Part shown: one piece after another, positions 19,346 to 28,529 of the stretch
How positions within the stretch are numbered: position 1 is the stretch's first letter
How the letters are laid out: each line of letters begins with the position of its first letter
From: an uncultured delta proteobacterium
GTDB taxonomy: Bacteria > Myxococcota_A > Polyangia > Fen-1088
Assembly (NCBI GenBank): GCA_963755125.1
Contig: CAVWIP010000016.1
Location: forward strand, 128,001-192,000
Direction of reading: 5' to 3'
Length of the DNA stretch: 64,000 nucleotides
Position numbers and translations under genes: made by a program
The notes under the pieces: generated by a model
What the model was told of the DNA's origin: nothing
The model's database searches: none
What the model saw: only the letters and a program-made list of their open reading frames with translations

Positions 19346-20446
19346 TTGGACCTTCGATCGCTCACCATCGAGGAGTTGCGGGAGCGCGTGGCGCGCAAGG
19401 GTGAACCCCCATTTCGTGCCGAGCAGGTCTTCCGCTGGCTGCACGGCCCTGGGCCGGGCGGCGTGGGCAGCGTGCGCGCGCTCGATGCCGTGAGCAACAT
19501 TCCCCGCTCCCTGCGCGACCCCCTGCTGGCCGAGGCGCCCTTGCAACCCATCCGCCTGGACGGACTGGTGGCCGCGGCCGATGGCACGCGCAAGTTCCGC
19601 TTCCGCACCCACGACGGTTGCGCCATCGAGTCGGTGCTGATCCCCGACGACAAACCCGAGCGGGCCAAGCTGACCCTGTGCCTTTCGTGCCAGGCCGGCT
19701 GCGCCTGGGGCTGCGCCTTTTGCGCCACCGCCACCCTGGGTTTCGGCCGGCACCTGTCTGCCGGCGAGATGGTCGAACAACTTTACTGGGGCATGGAATT
19801 GGCGGGGTACAAGCCGAGCAACGTGGTCTTCATGGGTATGGGCGAGCCGCTGCACAACCTGGATGCGGTGGTGCGCGCACTCAAGATTTTCGAGCATCCC
19901 TGGGGCGCTGGCCTGTCGCCCCGACGCCTCACGGTTTCCACCGCAGGCGTGGTGACTGGCATCGATGCCTTGGCCAAACTGCGGCCGGCGCCCAATCTGG
20001 CCATCTCGCTCAACGCCACCACCGACGAAGTGCGCGACCGGCTCATGCCCATCAACCGGCACTGGAACATCGCCTCGCTGCTGGCCGCTGCACGCCGTTT
20101 TCCCCTGGCCCACCACCGCCGCATTACTTTCGAATACGTTTTGCTTGCTGGCGTCAACGACAGCGACATGGATGCGGCTCGCCTGCCGCGCCTGTTGCGT
20201 GGTATTCCCAGCAAGGTGAACATCATCCCGTACAATCCCGTGCCGGGCCTGCCCTTCGAGAGCCCCAGCGCGGCGCGGGCACTGGCCTTTCAGAACGCGG
20301 TCCGGTTGGCGGACATCCCGGTTTACATCCGCACCTCGCGCGGCTCCGACGCCGCAGCGGCGTGCGGACAACTGGCCGCGCGCGCCGGTGAACGTCTGGA
20401 AAAGTGTGAACTGGCCCCCGTGGCCAAGACGGGACGCGCCTCATGA
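19346..20446 (+). CDS. rlmN: 23S rRNA m2A2503 / tRNA radical-SAM methyltransferase
   Basis: DGTRKF, IESV, CAWGCAFC, VFMGMGEP, FEYVLL, AACGQL. Confidence 0.94.
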   Translation: MDLRSLTIEELRERVARKGEPPFRAEQVFRWLHGPGPGGVGSVRALDAVSNIPRSLRDPLLAEAPLQPIRLDGLVAAADGTRKFRFRTHDGCAIESVLIPDDKPERAKLTLCLSCQAGCAWGCAFCATATLGFGRHLSAGEMVEQLYWGMELAGYKPSNVVFMGMGEPLHNLDAVVRALKIFEHPWGAGLSPRRLTVSTAGVVTGIDALAKLRPAPNLAISLNATTDEVRDRLMPINRHWNIASLLAAARRFPLAHHRRITFEYVLLAGVNDSDMDAARLPRLLRGIPSKVNIIPYNPVPGLPFESPSAARALAFQNAVRLADIPVYIRTSRGSDAAAACGQLAARAGERLEKCELAPVAKTGRAS

Positions 20447-21459
20447 GCGGGGCCGCGCTGCACTGGCGCGCGAGCCCAGCCCCGGACGCGCCCCGACTTT
20501 CCGCCGCCGATGTGCTGGCCCTGGTCAGCGATCCCATGCAGGTGGTGGAGACGCGCCTCTTGGCCCATATGGACAGCCCCATGGGGCGCATTCCCGAGGT
20601 GGGAGGCCACCTGCTCGGCGCGGGCGGCAAGCGGCTGCGGCCGCTCTTGGCGGTGCTCGCCTGCCGGGCGACCGACGCGCCCTTGCACGTGGGCATCGCA
20701 GTCGCCTGTGCCGCCGAACTCATTCACACCGCCACCCTTTTCCACGACGACGTGGTGGACGGCGGGGCGGTCCGGCGCGGGCGGCCGGCTGCGCGCAAGC
20801 TATGGGGCAACGGCATCGCCGTGCTGGTGGGAGATTTCTGTTTCGCGCGCGGGCTCGATGCGGTCGCGGCCACTGGAACACTGGGCGCGGTCGAGGCGCT
20901 GGCTGCGGCCGTGACCGAAATGGCCGAGGGCGAAGTCGCGCAACTGGAGGGCGCGGGCGATCCCGATGCGACCGCCGAAAGCTACTTCGAAGTTGTCGAC
21001 CGCAAGACGGGAGCGCTGATGGCGTGGTGCGCGCGGGTAGGCGGAGTGCTGCCCGCCCCGCTCGACGCGGCCCTGGCCCGCTACGGCCGTTTGCTGGGTC
21101 GCGCGTTCCAGATCACCGACGACGTTCTGGACTGCGCGGGCGACGACGCCGCGAGCGGCAAGTCCGCGGGGCGCGACCTGCAAGAGGGCAAGCTGACCCT
21201 GCCGGTCTTGTTGGCCTGCGAGGCCAGCCCGGCCTTGCGCGACGACATCCGGTCTGCCATGGGTGAATCTGGGGTGTCGATGCAAGACGCCGCCCGCATC
21301 ATGCAGGCGACGCGCGCCGTGGGCGGCCTCGACCGCGCCCACACCGAGGCCATGACCATTGCCCGTGCCGCCGTTGCCGAACTGCAAGCCGTGCCCTCCT
21401 CGCCCTACCGGGATGCGCTGGCCGCGCTGGCGCACCTGTCGGTCGACCGGGTGGCGTGA
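20443..21459 (+). CDS. Polyprenyl diphosphate synthase (IspB/HepT-like)
   Basis: GGKRLRP, FHDDVVD..RRG, KT, FQITDDVLD, GKLTLP. Confidence 0.93.
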   Translation: MSGAALHWRASPAPDAPRLSAADVLALVSDPMQVVETRLLAHMDSPMGRIPEVGGHLLGAGGKRLRPLLAVLACRATDAPLHVGIAVACAAELIHTATLFHDDVVDGGAVRRGRPAARKLWGNGIAVLVGDFCFARGLDAVAATGTLGAVEALAAAVTEMAEGEVAQLEGAGDPDATAESYFEVVDRKTGALMAWCARVGGVLPAPLDAALARYGRLLGRAFQITDDVLDCAGDDAASGKSAGRDLQEGKLTLPVLLACEASPALRDDIRSAMGESGVSMQDAARIMQATRAVGGLDRAHTEAMTIARAAVAELQAVPSSPYRDALAALAHLSVDRVA

Positions 21460-21460
21460 C

Positions 21461-22150
21461 ATGGCCCAGGCCGCGACCGACGTGCGCGAAATGTTCGACC
21501 GCATCGCCGGCCGGTACGATGCCACGAATCGGGTCATGTCCGCCGGTCTCGACGTGCTCTGGCGGCGCCGGGCCATGCGCCTCCTGCTCGGCGGACTTGA
21601 GCAGTCTCCCTGGGTGCTGGATCTGGGCGCGGGCACACTCGACGGCGCGGTCGAGATCCTGCGGCAACGGCCGGATGCGCAGGTGGTGGCCGCGGACTTC
21701 ACACGCGCGATGCTGCTCGCGGGTCGGCGCAAGCGTGGCGCCGCGAAAGTTGTCCTGCACACCGCCGACGGTCACCGGCTGCCTTACCGGGATGGCTCGT
21801 TCGCCGCATCCTTTTCTGGCTTCTGCGTGCGCAACCTGCGCGACCTTGCATCGGGCCTGGCCGAGTTGCGCCGGGTCGTACGACCCGGCGGCCGATTGGT
21901 CGTCCTGGAATTCTTTCACTCGGCGCGGCCACGCCCATTCTGGGACGGGATTTTCACGGGCCGTTTGCTGCCCTTGCTGGGCTGGGCCATCAGCGGTGAT
22001 CGCGCGGCCTACCGTTACCTGCCGGAATCGATCCAGCGCTTCGATATGCGGGCTGATTTTGAAGCCCGGCTGCGGACCGCTGGGTTCACCGATGTTCGCA
22101 GTCATGACCTTTTCCCGGGCGGGATCGCCTCGCTGGTGGAGGCGCAATGA
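21461..22150 (+). CDS. ubiE: Demethylmenaquinone methyltransferase (UbiE/MenG family)
   Basis: VREMFDRIAGRYDATN, VLDLGAGT, RVVRPGGR.VLEF, AYRYLPESI. Confidence 0.9.
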   Translation: MAQAATDVREMFDRIAGRYDATNRVMSAGLDVLWRRRAMRLLLGGLEQSPWVLDLGAGTLDGAVEILRQRPDAQVVAADFTRAMLLAGRRKRGAAKVVLHTADGHRLPYRDGSFAASFSGFCVRNLRDLASGLAELRRVVRPGGRLVVLEFFHSARPRPFWDGIFTGRLLPLLGWAISGDRAAYRYLPESIQRFDMRADFEARLRTAGFTDVRSHDLFPGGIASLVEAQ

Positions 22151-22707
22151 AGCTGCTGGTCGCGGTCGGGGGCGCTTCCGGATCGCTGTATGCGCGCCGG
22201 CTGCTCGACACTTTGGCTGCGGCCCCCGGCGTCGAGGTGGCCACGTGTTTTTCTCCGTGCGGTCTGCAGGTCTGGCGTCACGAGCTCGGTGGCGAACCCA
22301 ACTTTCCCTTCCACCGCTATGCCGTGGACGATTTTGCTTCACCCTTCGCCTCGGGCTCGGCGCTGTGGGACGCCGTGGTCGTCATCCCATGCTCGATGGG
22401 ACGGCTGGCACGCATCGCTCATGGTATGGGCGACGATCTCATCAGCCGGGCCGCGGACGTGGCCTTGAAGGAACGCCGCAAGCTGGTGCTGGTGGTGCGC
22501 GAGACCCCGCTGTCGCAGATTCACCTGGAAAACATGCTGGCGGTGACGCGCGCCGGGGCGGTGGTCTTGCCCGCAGCGCCGTCTTTCTACTTTCGGCCGG
22601 CCACGATCGAGGCGCTGGCCGACACGGTGGTGGCGCGCGTGCTTGACCAATTGAGCGTCGTGCACTCGCTTGCGCCCCGCTGGGCCGAGGAGGAAGTGCG
22701 GCGATGA
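22147..22707 (+). CDS. ubiX: Flavin prenyltransferase
   Basis: GGASGS.YA, ASGS, PCSM, RAADVALKERRKLVLVVRETP, FY. Confidence 0.93.
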   Translation: MKLLVAVGGASGSLYARRLLDTLAAAPGVEVATCFSPCGLQVWRHELGGEPNFPFHRYAVDDFASPFASGSALWDAVVVIPCSMGRLARIAHGMGDDLISRAADVALKERRKLVLVVRETPLSQIHLENMLAVTRAGAVVLPAAPSFYFRPATIEALADTVVARVLDQLSVVHSLAPRWAEEEVRR

Positions 22708-23300
22708 GCAGCGGTGTCGCCACGGCGGCGAGTCCATCCCTCGATCTCTTCGTCCTCGGTCGCGCGGCCCAGGCTGCGGCGCAGACCGCGACGGGCGGCC
22801 GCGGCTTCTTCTCTTGCAACACCTTCATCGCGACGTCGCTTCCCATGCTGACCGAAGCCACGGGCCGCGGGTTGCGTGGCCTGCTCCGGCTTGCCGTCCC
22901 CGCCGAGGAATCGGCGCCGCAACAAGAGCGACGCCTGGCCGCGCTCGCCGAGCAGGTGCGCGACGGTCTGGTCCTCGACGGCGTCGTGCCCACGCCCGAG
23001 GACGATTGCCTGGGCCTTGCCACCTTGCTGTTTGTCGCTCGCTGCCGGCTGGCGCTGGTCGGGGTGCCGCACGTGCTCGTCGATCTGGATCGTCTCGGCC
23101 CCAAGTTGGGCCAACTTGCTCTGGGCTTTGGCGCCGATGAGATCTGCGGGCCCATCGTGGAAGAGCGCCCCCTACGCCTGGGCGAGAATGCGGGCAACCG
23201 CGCTATCACGCGCGCCGAGGCGGCCCAGCTTCTGCGCGGGGCCGGGCTGCGCGCCTTCGAACGCATGGCAGGAGGCTCGCTGCGGGAGTTCGCGCCGTGA
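22704..23300 (+). CDS. Degenerate mini-paralogue of MqnE/MqnC (CofH family) lacking the radical-SAM Cys motif
   Basis: N- and C-terminal segments align by eye with adjacent MqnE; no CxxxCxxC; ATGA/GTGA overlaps on both sides. Confidence 0.72.
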   Translation: MSSGVATAASPSLDLFVLGRAAQAAAQTATGGRGFFSCNTFIATSLPMLTEATGRGLRGLLRLAVPAEESAPQQERRLAALAEQVRDGLVLDGVVPTPEDDCLGLATLLFVARCRLALVGVPHVLVDLDRLGPKLGQLALGFGADEICGPIVEERPLRLGENAGNRAITRAEAAQLLRGAGLRAFERMAGGSLREFAP

Positions 23301-24421
23301 CCCTCGCCTCAATTGCCGAGAAGGTGAACGCCGGGATCCCGCTGTCCTTCGACGACGGCGTCGCACTTTTCCGCGAGCCCGGTCTGCTGAAGCTGGCTGG
23401 GCTGGCCAACCAAGTGCGCGAGCAGCGGCACGGCGATCGCACCACCTTCAACCGCAACCTGCACATCAACCCGACCAACCTGTGCGTGGCGGGTTGCAAG
23501 CTGTGCTCGTTCTCGCGCCGCAGCCCTGAGCAGCCGGGGGCCTTCACGCTGAGCCTCTCGCAGGCATGGGGCAAGCTGAAAGCGAGAATCGACGCTGGCG
23601 ATCCCGTGACTGAAGTCCATGTGGTAGGCGGACTCAATGACAGTCTTCCCTTCGACTACTACCTCGAACTTGTGGCCGGCCTGAAGCGACTGCAACCGGC
23701 GCTTCACATCAAGGGCTTCAGTGCAGTCGAGATCTTCCACTTTCACAAGCTCTTCCAATTGGAGGTGCGCGAGGTGTTGCAGCGTCTGCGCGCGGCCGGG
23801 CTCGACTCGCTGCCCGGGGGCGGCGCCGAGATCTTCGCGCCCCATGTGCGCCAGCGCATTTGCCCCAACAAGTGCAACGCCGAAGAGTGGTTGCAGGTTC
23901 ACCGCACGGCCCACCAAATGGGTGTGCGCTCCAATTGCACCATGCTTTACGGGACCGTCGAGACAGTCGAAGAACGGGTCGATCACATGCTGCGCCTGCG
24001 AGCGCTGCAGGACGAGACCGGCGGCTTCCAGGCCTTCATTCCCCTGGCCTTTCATCCCGACAACAACGCGCTTTCTCATCTTCCCGCACCCACCGCGGTC
24101 GACGATCTGCGTGTGTGCGCGGTGGCGCGGCTTCTGCTGCACAACATTCCCCACATCAAGGCCTATTGGATCTCGCTGGGAATCAAGACCGCGCAGAGCG
24201 CGCTGTGGTTCGGTGCCGATGATCTGGACGGCACCGTGCAAGAAGAGAAAATCTATCACTTGGCGGGCTCCGATGCGCCACGGGCCCTGGCGCCTGCCGA
24301 AATCGTCCATCTCATCCACGCCGCTGGCCGCACGCCCGTGGAGCGCGACACGCTTTACAACGTGATCGCACAAGGCGAGGCGCTGCCCGTCTGCGCGTCG
24401 CCCGCGGGAGAACTGAGATGA
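23297..24421 (+). CDS. mqnE: Aminofutalosine synthase (radical SAM)
   Basis: HINPTNLCVAGCKLCSF, EVHVVGG, PGGGAEIF, FIPLAFHP, HIKAYW, FGADDLDGTV.EEKIYH. Confidence 0.9.
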   Translation: MTLASIAEKVNAGIPLSFDDGVALFREPGLLKLAGLANQVREQRHGDRTTFNRNLHINPTNLCVAGCKLCSFSRRSPEQPGAFTLSLSQAWGKLKARIDAGDPVTEVHVVGGLNDSLPFDYYLELVAGLKRLQPALHIKGFSAVEIFHFHKLFQLEVREVLQRLRAAGLDSLPGGGAEIFAPHVRQRICPNKCNAEEWLQVHRTAHQMGVRSNCTMLYGTVETVEERVDHMLRLRALQDETGGFQAFIPLAFHPDNNALSHLPAPTAVDDLRVCAVARLLLHNIPHIKAYWISLGIKTAQSALWFGADDLDGTVQEEKIYHLAGSDAPRALAPAEIVHLIHAAGRTPVERDTLYNVIAQGEALPVCASPAGELR

Positions 24422-26331
24422 GCCGGCGCCTGTGCCTGGCCGCGGTTTCCTTTCTGAACGCGCGGCCCGTCACCCACGGCATCGAGCAGGGTTTGCTGGG
24501 CGCCGATCGCTTCGACCTGCGTTTCGCCGAACCCTCGCGCTGTGCCGCCGCGGTAGCCGCAGGCGAAGCAGACCTGGGGCTCATGCCCATCGCCAGCTAC
24601 GCCAGCTCGGCCGAAGAACTTCGCGTGGTGCCCGGTATTGCCATTGCCAGCCGCGGCCCGGTGCGCACCGTCGTGCTGGTGGGCCAGGTGCGGTGGGAAG
24701 AGATGACCGCCATCGCCCTCGACGGAGCCTCGCGCACCTCGCAGATGTTGCTGCGCCTGCTGAGCAAAGAGCGCGGCCTTCATCCCGACTTCGCCGAAGT
24801 GGTGCACGAGCAGATCGCAGATGCGGTGAGCGGCACGCGCGGCGCCCTCATCATCGGCGATCTCGGCCTGCACATCGAAGGCCGCTTTCGCCACGTCTAC
24901 GACCTGGGTGAGCAATGGCACAACTTGGTGGGACTTCCTTTCGTCTACGCGGTCTGGGCTGGCCGGCCAGGCGTGGTCTCCATTGAAGACGTGGCGCTGT
25001 TGCAGGAAAGCCTGCAGCTGGGCCTGCAGCGCCGGGCGGAGATCGGACGGGCCTGGGCACTGGACAACGGCGTCGATCCGTCTGTGGGCGAGAACTACCT
25101 GCTGGAGAACATCCGCCACCGCCTTGGTTCAGACGAGATCTCCGGCGCCACGGCCTTTCTGGCACGAAGCTACCAGGCTGGGCTTCTGGCCAAGCCCGTG
25201 CGCGTGTGCCTGTTCGATGCTCCGGCGGTGCCGCCTTCGCAGCCGCGATCGGGGCTGTCCCTGGATCGCCTGCTGACCGACGCTGCTGCGGGCGAGCGCA
25301 TGAGCCTCGACGAGGGAATACGTCTGTACTCGGAGGCGCCCTTGTTCGATCTAGGCCAGGCGGCCAACCTTCGTCGGCAGGCATTGCATCCCGACAATGT
25401 GGTGACCTACATCGTGGACCGCAACATCAACTACACCAACGCCTGCACCACCTGCTGTTCGTTCTGCAACTTCCACCGCGCCCCGGGCCACGCCCAGACC
25501 TATACACTTTCGCGCGAAGAGCTGGCGCAGAAACTTCGTGAGACGGTTGAACTGGACGGCGTGCAGGTGTTGCTCCAGGGCGGCATCAATCCGGATCTCT
25601 CGCTCGCGTATTACGAAGACCTCTTTCGCTTCATGAAGGCGAACTTCCCCCTAGCCATTCACGGCCTTTCGCCCGAGGAGATTCGCTATCTGTCTCAGCG
25701 CGAGGGCTTGTCGGTGCGGGCCGTGCTCGAACGCCTGATCGCCGCGGGCCTGGATTCCGTACCCGGCGGCGCGGCCGAGATCCTCGACGACGAAATTCGC
25801 CGGCGTATTTCGCCGAAGAAGTGTTCTGCCGACACCTGGATCGATGTCATGCGCGAGGCGCACGGACTCGGCCTGCGCACCACCGCCACCATGGTCTTTG
25901 GCTTCGGCGAGTCGCCGCGCCAACTGCTGGGGCACCTCGACCGTCTGCGCTGCCTGCAGGATCAAACCGCGGGTTTCACCGCCTTCATCTGCTGGAGCTT
26001 CCAGGCCGAGGGCACGCGCCTGCCGCTCACCGACGACACCGGCAGCCTCCGCTATCTGCGCGTGCTGGCCCTGGCGCGGCTCATCCTCGACAACTTTCCC
26101 AACCTGCAAGTTTCCTGGGTCACCATGGGGCCGGCCGTGGGACAGGTTGCCTTGCGCTTCGGCGGCAACGATTTTGGTTCGGCCATGATCGAGGAGAACG
26201 TGGTTGCGACCGCTGGCACGGTTTTCAAAATTTCCGCGGGCGACATTGAACGCTGCATACGCGGTGCGGGCTTCGTTCCCCGCCGTCGCAACATGCGCTA
26301 CGAGTTGCTGCCGCCAGCGCCGTCGGAGTAG
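24418..26331 (+). CDS. mqnA-mqnC: Fusion of chorismate dehydratase MqnA (N-terminal) and cyclic dehypoxanthine futalosine synthase MqnC (C-terminal)
   Basis: N: VSFLNARP, ASRTS, LIIGD, DLGEQW, GLPFVYAVW; C: VTYIVDRNINYTNACTTCCSFC, LLQGG, SWVTMG, GGNDFGSAMIEENVV. Confidence 0.9.
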   Translation: MSRRLCLAAVSFLNARPVTHGIEQGLLGADRFDLRFAEPSRCAAAVAAGEADLGLMPIASYASSAEELRVVPGIAIASRGPVRTVVLVGQVRWEEMTAIALDGASRTSQMLLRLLSKERGLHPDFAEVVHEQIADAVSGTRGALIIGDLGLHIEGRFRHVYDLGEQWHNLVGLPFVYAVWAGRPGVVSIEDVALLQESLQLGLQRRAEIGRAWALDNGVDPSVGENYLLENIRHRLGSDEISGATAFLARSYQAGLLAKPVRVCLFDAPAVPPSQPRSGLSLDRLLTDAAAGERMSLDEGIRLYSEAPLFDLGQAANLRRQALHPDNVVTYIVDRNINYTNACTTCCSFCNFHRAPGHAQTYTLSREELAQKLRETVELDGVQVLLQGGINPDLSLAYYEDLFRFMKANFPLAIHGLSPEEIRYLSQREGLSVRAVLERLIAAGLDSVPGGAAEILDDEIRRRISPKKCSADTWIDVMREAHGLGLRTTATMVFGFGESPRQLLGHLDRLRCLQDQTAGFTAFICWSFQAEGTRLPLTDDTGSLRYLRVLALARLILDNFPNLQVSWVTMGPAVGQVALRFGGNDFGSAMIEENVVATAGTVFKISAGDIERCIRGAGFVPRRRNMRYELLPPAPSE

Positions 26332-26417
26332 CGGGAACGGCAGCGCGGCGAACCCGGACGCGCCATCCAGCCAGTCCCCGGTGGTCGCGCGTCGTCTGGT
26401 CTGGTACCGTCGGCGAC

Positions 26418-28508
26418 ATGAAGAACTGGCTGTTCCTGTCTGTTGTCTCCGTCACGGCGCTGGTCAACTGCGCAACCCACCAGGCTGGCAAACCTGTCGC
26501 GAGGAATACTGTCTTTCCCGCATGTCCGGGTGGCACTTGCCCGCCCACTACCTCTGTCGCCGCCAACGCCGGCGCGACATTGGCTGCCAAGGCTCCGGAG
26601 GAGGAACCGCTCGCCGACGACGTGGAACGCTATCGCATCCCACTTGAGGGACCGTTCCGAGGCGCGGTGAACGCCAAGGTCAACATCGTGGAGTTCACTG
26701 ACTTCCAGTGTCCCTTCTGCTCGCGCGCGGCCGGAACGTTGCAGGAGGTGCTGAAGCAATACTCCGACGACGTGCGGCTGTACTTCCGCAACCTCCCCTT
26801 GTCCTTTCACGCCGACGCAGCCCTCGCCGCGCAGGCCGCCATGGCCGCCCACGCCCAGGGGAAGTTCTGGCAGATGCACGACAAGCTTTTCGAAAAACAG
26901 CCGTTCTTCAAGCGCGAAAACCTGGATGCCTACGCCCTGGACATCGGCCTCGATGTCGCCCGGTTCAAGCGTGACCTCGACAACGAGACCTGGAAGGGCA
27001 CGGTGGAGGCCGACGCAGTGCTGGCGAGCCAGATGGGCGTCGTGGGCACGCCGCACTTCTTCATCAACGGACGGCCGCTGCGTGGCGCGCTTCCCATCGA
27101 CGAGTTCCAGAAGATCATCGACGACGAACTGGTTCGGACCAAGAAGATTTTGGCAGCCGGCACGCCCGCGGAACGGCTCTACGCCAGATTGATGGCCGGC
27201 GCACTGACCGCGCCGCCACCGCCGCGGCCGCCGGTGTCGAGCGAGGTCTACAGGGTCGAAATGGACAAGGCTCCGCGCAAGGGCGGCAAGGCGCCCAAGC
27301 TCACGCTCGTCGAGTTCTCCGACTTCCAGTGCCCGTACTGCAGCCGCGCCAAGGACACGCTCGACGAATTGCTCAAGCTGTACGGGGACAACCTCGCGGT
27401 CGCGTACAAGCACTTCCCGCTGCCCTTCCACGAGCAAGCCCTGCCGGCCGCCATCGCCGCCGTGGCAGCAGGCCAGCAGGGCAAGTTCTGGGAGATGCAC
27501 GACAAGCTGTTCGCCAATCAGGAGAAACTCGACGAAGCCAGTCTGGCGAAGTACGCGCAAGAGATCGGGCTCGACCTGCCCAAGTTCATGGCTGCCCTGG
27601 CCAGCCCCGAGACCAAAGCGGTGGTCGAGGCGGACGTGAAACAGGCCGAGCAGTTCGGGGTGGAAGGGACGCCGAGCTTCTTCCTCAACGGCCGGATGTT
27701 CAGCGGCGCCTACCCGCTGGACAGCTTCAAGATGGTGCTCGGCGAGGAGATGAAACGGGCGGACGCCAGGCTGCAAGCCGGCACGCCACGCGCCGAGCTC
27801 TACCCGGCCATCATCAAGGACGGACTGGCCAAGCGGGAGCCGCCCAAGATCGAGGCGCGACCGGGTGAGCCGTCGCCCAGCGAAAGGTACAAGGCTGAGA
27901 TCAAAGGCGCACCCTTCCGAGGTTCCAAGAATGCGCTGGTCACCATCGTGGAGTTCTCGGACTACCAGTGTCCCTTCTGCGGCCGGGCGGAAACCACGCT
28001 CAAGAAGATACTGGACGAGTACAAGGGTCAGGTGCGGGTGGTCTGGCGGGACTTGCCTCTTTCCTTCCATCCCTGTGCCAGGCCGGCGGCCATTGCGGCG
28101 CGCGCAGCCGGCCAGCAGGGCAAGTACTGGCAGATGCACGACAAGCTTTTCGAGAACCAGCAAGATCTGGTGGAGAAGAACCTGGAGACATACGCCGAGG
28201 CGATCGGCCTCAAGATGGAAAGCTTCAAGGCCGCCAGCAAGCGCGGCGATCTGGCCAAAGCGGTCGAGCGCGACGAGAGACTGGCGGAAAAGCTGGGCGT
28301 GAAGGGAACGCCCGCCTTCTTCATCAATGGCAAGTTCCTGTCGGGTGCCCAGCCCTTTGAAGCCTTCAAGAAGAAGATCGACGAGGAACTCGCGCACGCA
28401 CGCAAGCTGGTCGCCAGCGGGACACCCAGGGCAAACGTCTACACGGTGATCTTGAAAGGCGCCCGAACCGTCGAAGCCAGCGCCAGGGGCGATGACGATT
28501 CCGATTGA
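26418..28508 (+). CDS. Lipoprotein with three tandem DsbA/thioredoxin domains
   Basis: Lipobox ALVNC; EFTDFQCPFC, EFSDFQCPYC, EFSDYQCPFC; each domain has GTPxFF(I/L)NG. Confidence 0.92.
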   Translation: MKNWLFLSVVSVTALVNCATHQAGKPVARNTVFPACPGGTCPPTTSVAANAGATLAAKAPEEEPLADDVERYRIPLEGPFRGAVNAKVNIVEFTDFQCPFCSRAAGTLQEVLKQYSDDVRLYFRNLPLSFHADAALAAQAAMAAHAQGKFWQMHDKLFEKQPFFKRENLDAYALDIGLDVARFKRDLDNETWKGTVEADAVLASQMGVVGTPHFFINGRPLRGALPIDEFQKIIDDELVRTKKILAAGTPAERLYARLMAGALTAPPPPRPPVSSEVYRVEMDKAPRKGGKAPKLTLVEFSDFQCPYCSRAKDTLDELLKLYGDNLAVAYKHFPLPFHEQALPAAIAAVAAGQQGKFWEMHDKLFANQEKLDEASLAKYAQEIGLDLPKFMAALASPETKAVVEADVKQAEQFGVEGTPSFFLNGRMFSGAYPLDSFKMVLGEEMKRADARLQAGTPRAELYPAIIKDGLAKREPPKIEARPGEPSPSERYKAEIKGAPFRGSKNALVTIVEFSDYQCPFCGRAETTLKKILDEYKGQVRVVWRDLPLSFHPCARPAAIAARAAGQQGKYWQMHDKLFENQQDLVEKNLETYAEAIGLKMESFKAASKRGDLAKAVERDERLAEKLGVKGTPAFFINGKFLSGAQPFEAFKKKIDEELAHARKLVASGTPRANVYTVILKGARTVEASARGDDDSD

Positions 28509-28529
28509 TCGACGGACTTCGCCCGATCG

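Noticed and set aside
26298..28397. Long antisense ORFs (e.g. 699 aa here, 44021..45982, 49760..51406, 29402..31204)
   Set aside because: Shadow frames of real genes, expected at high GC; no recognisable motifs
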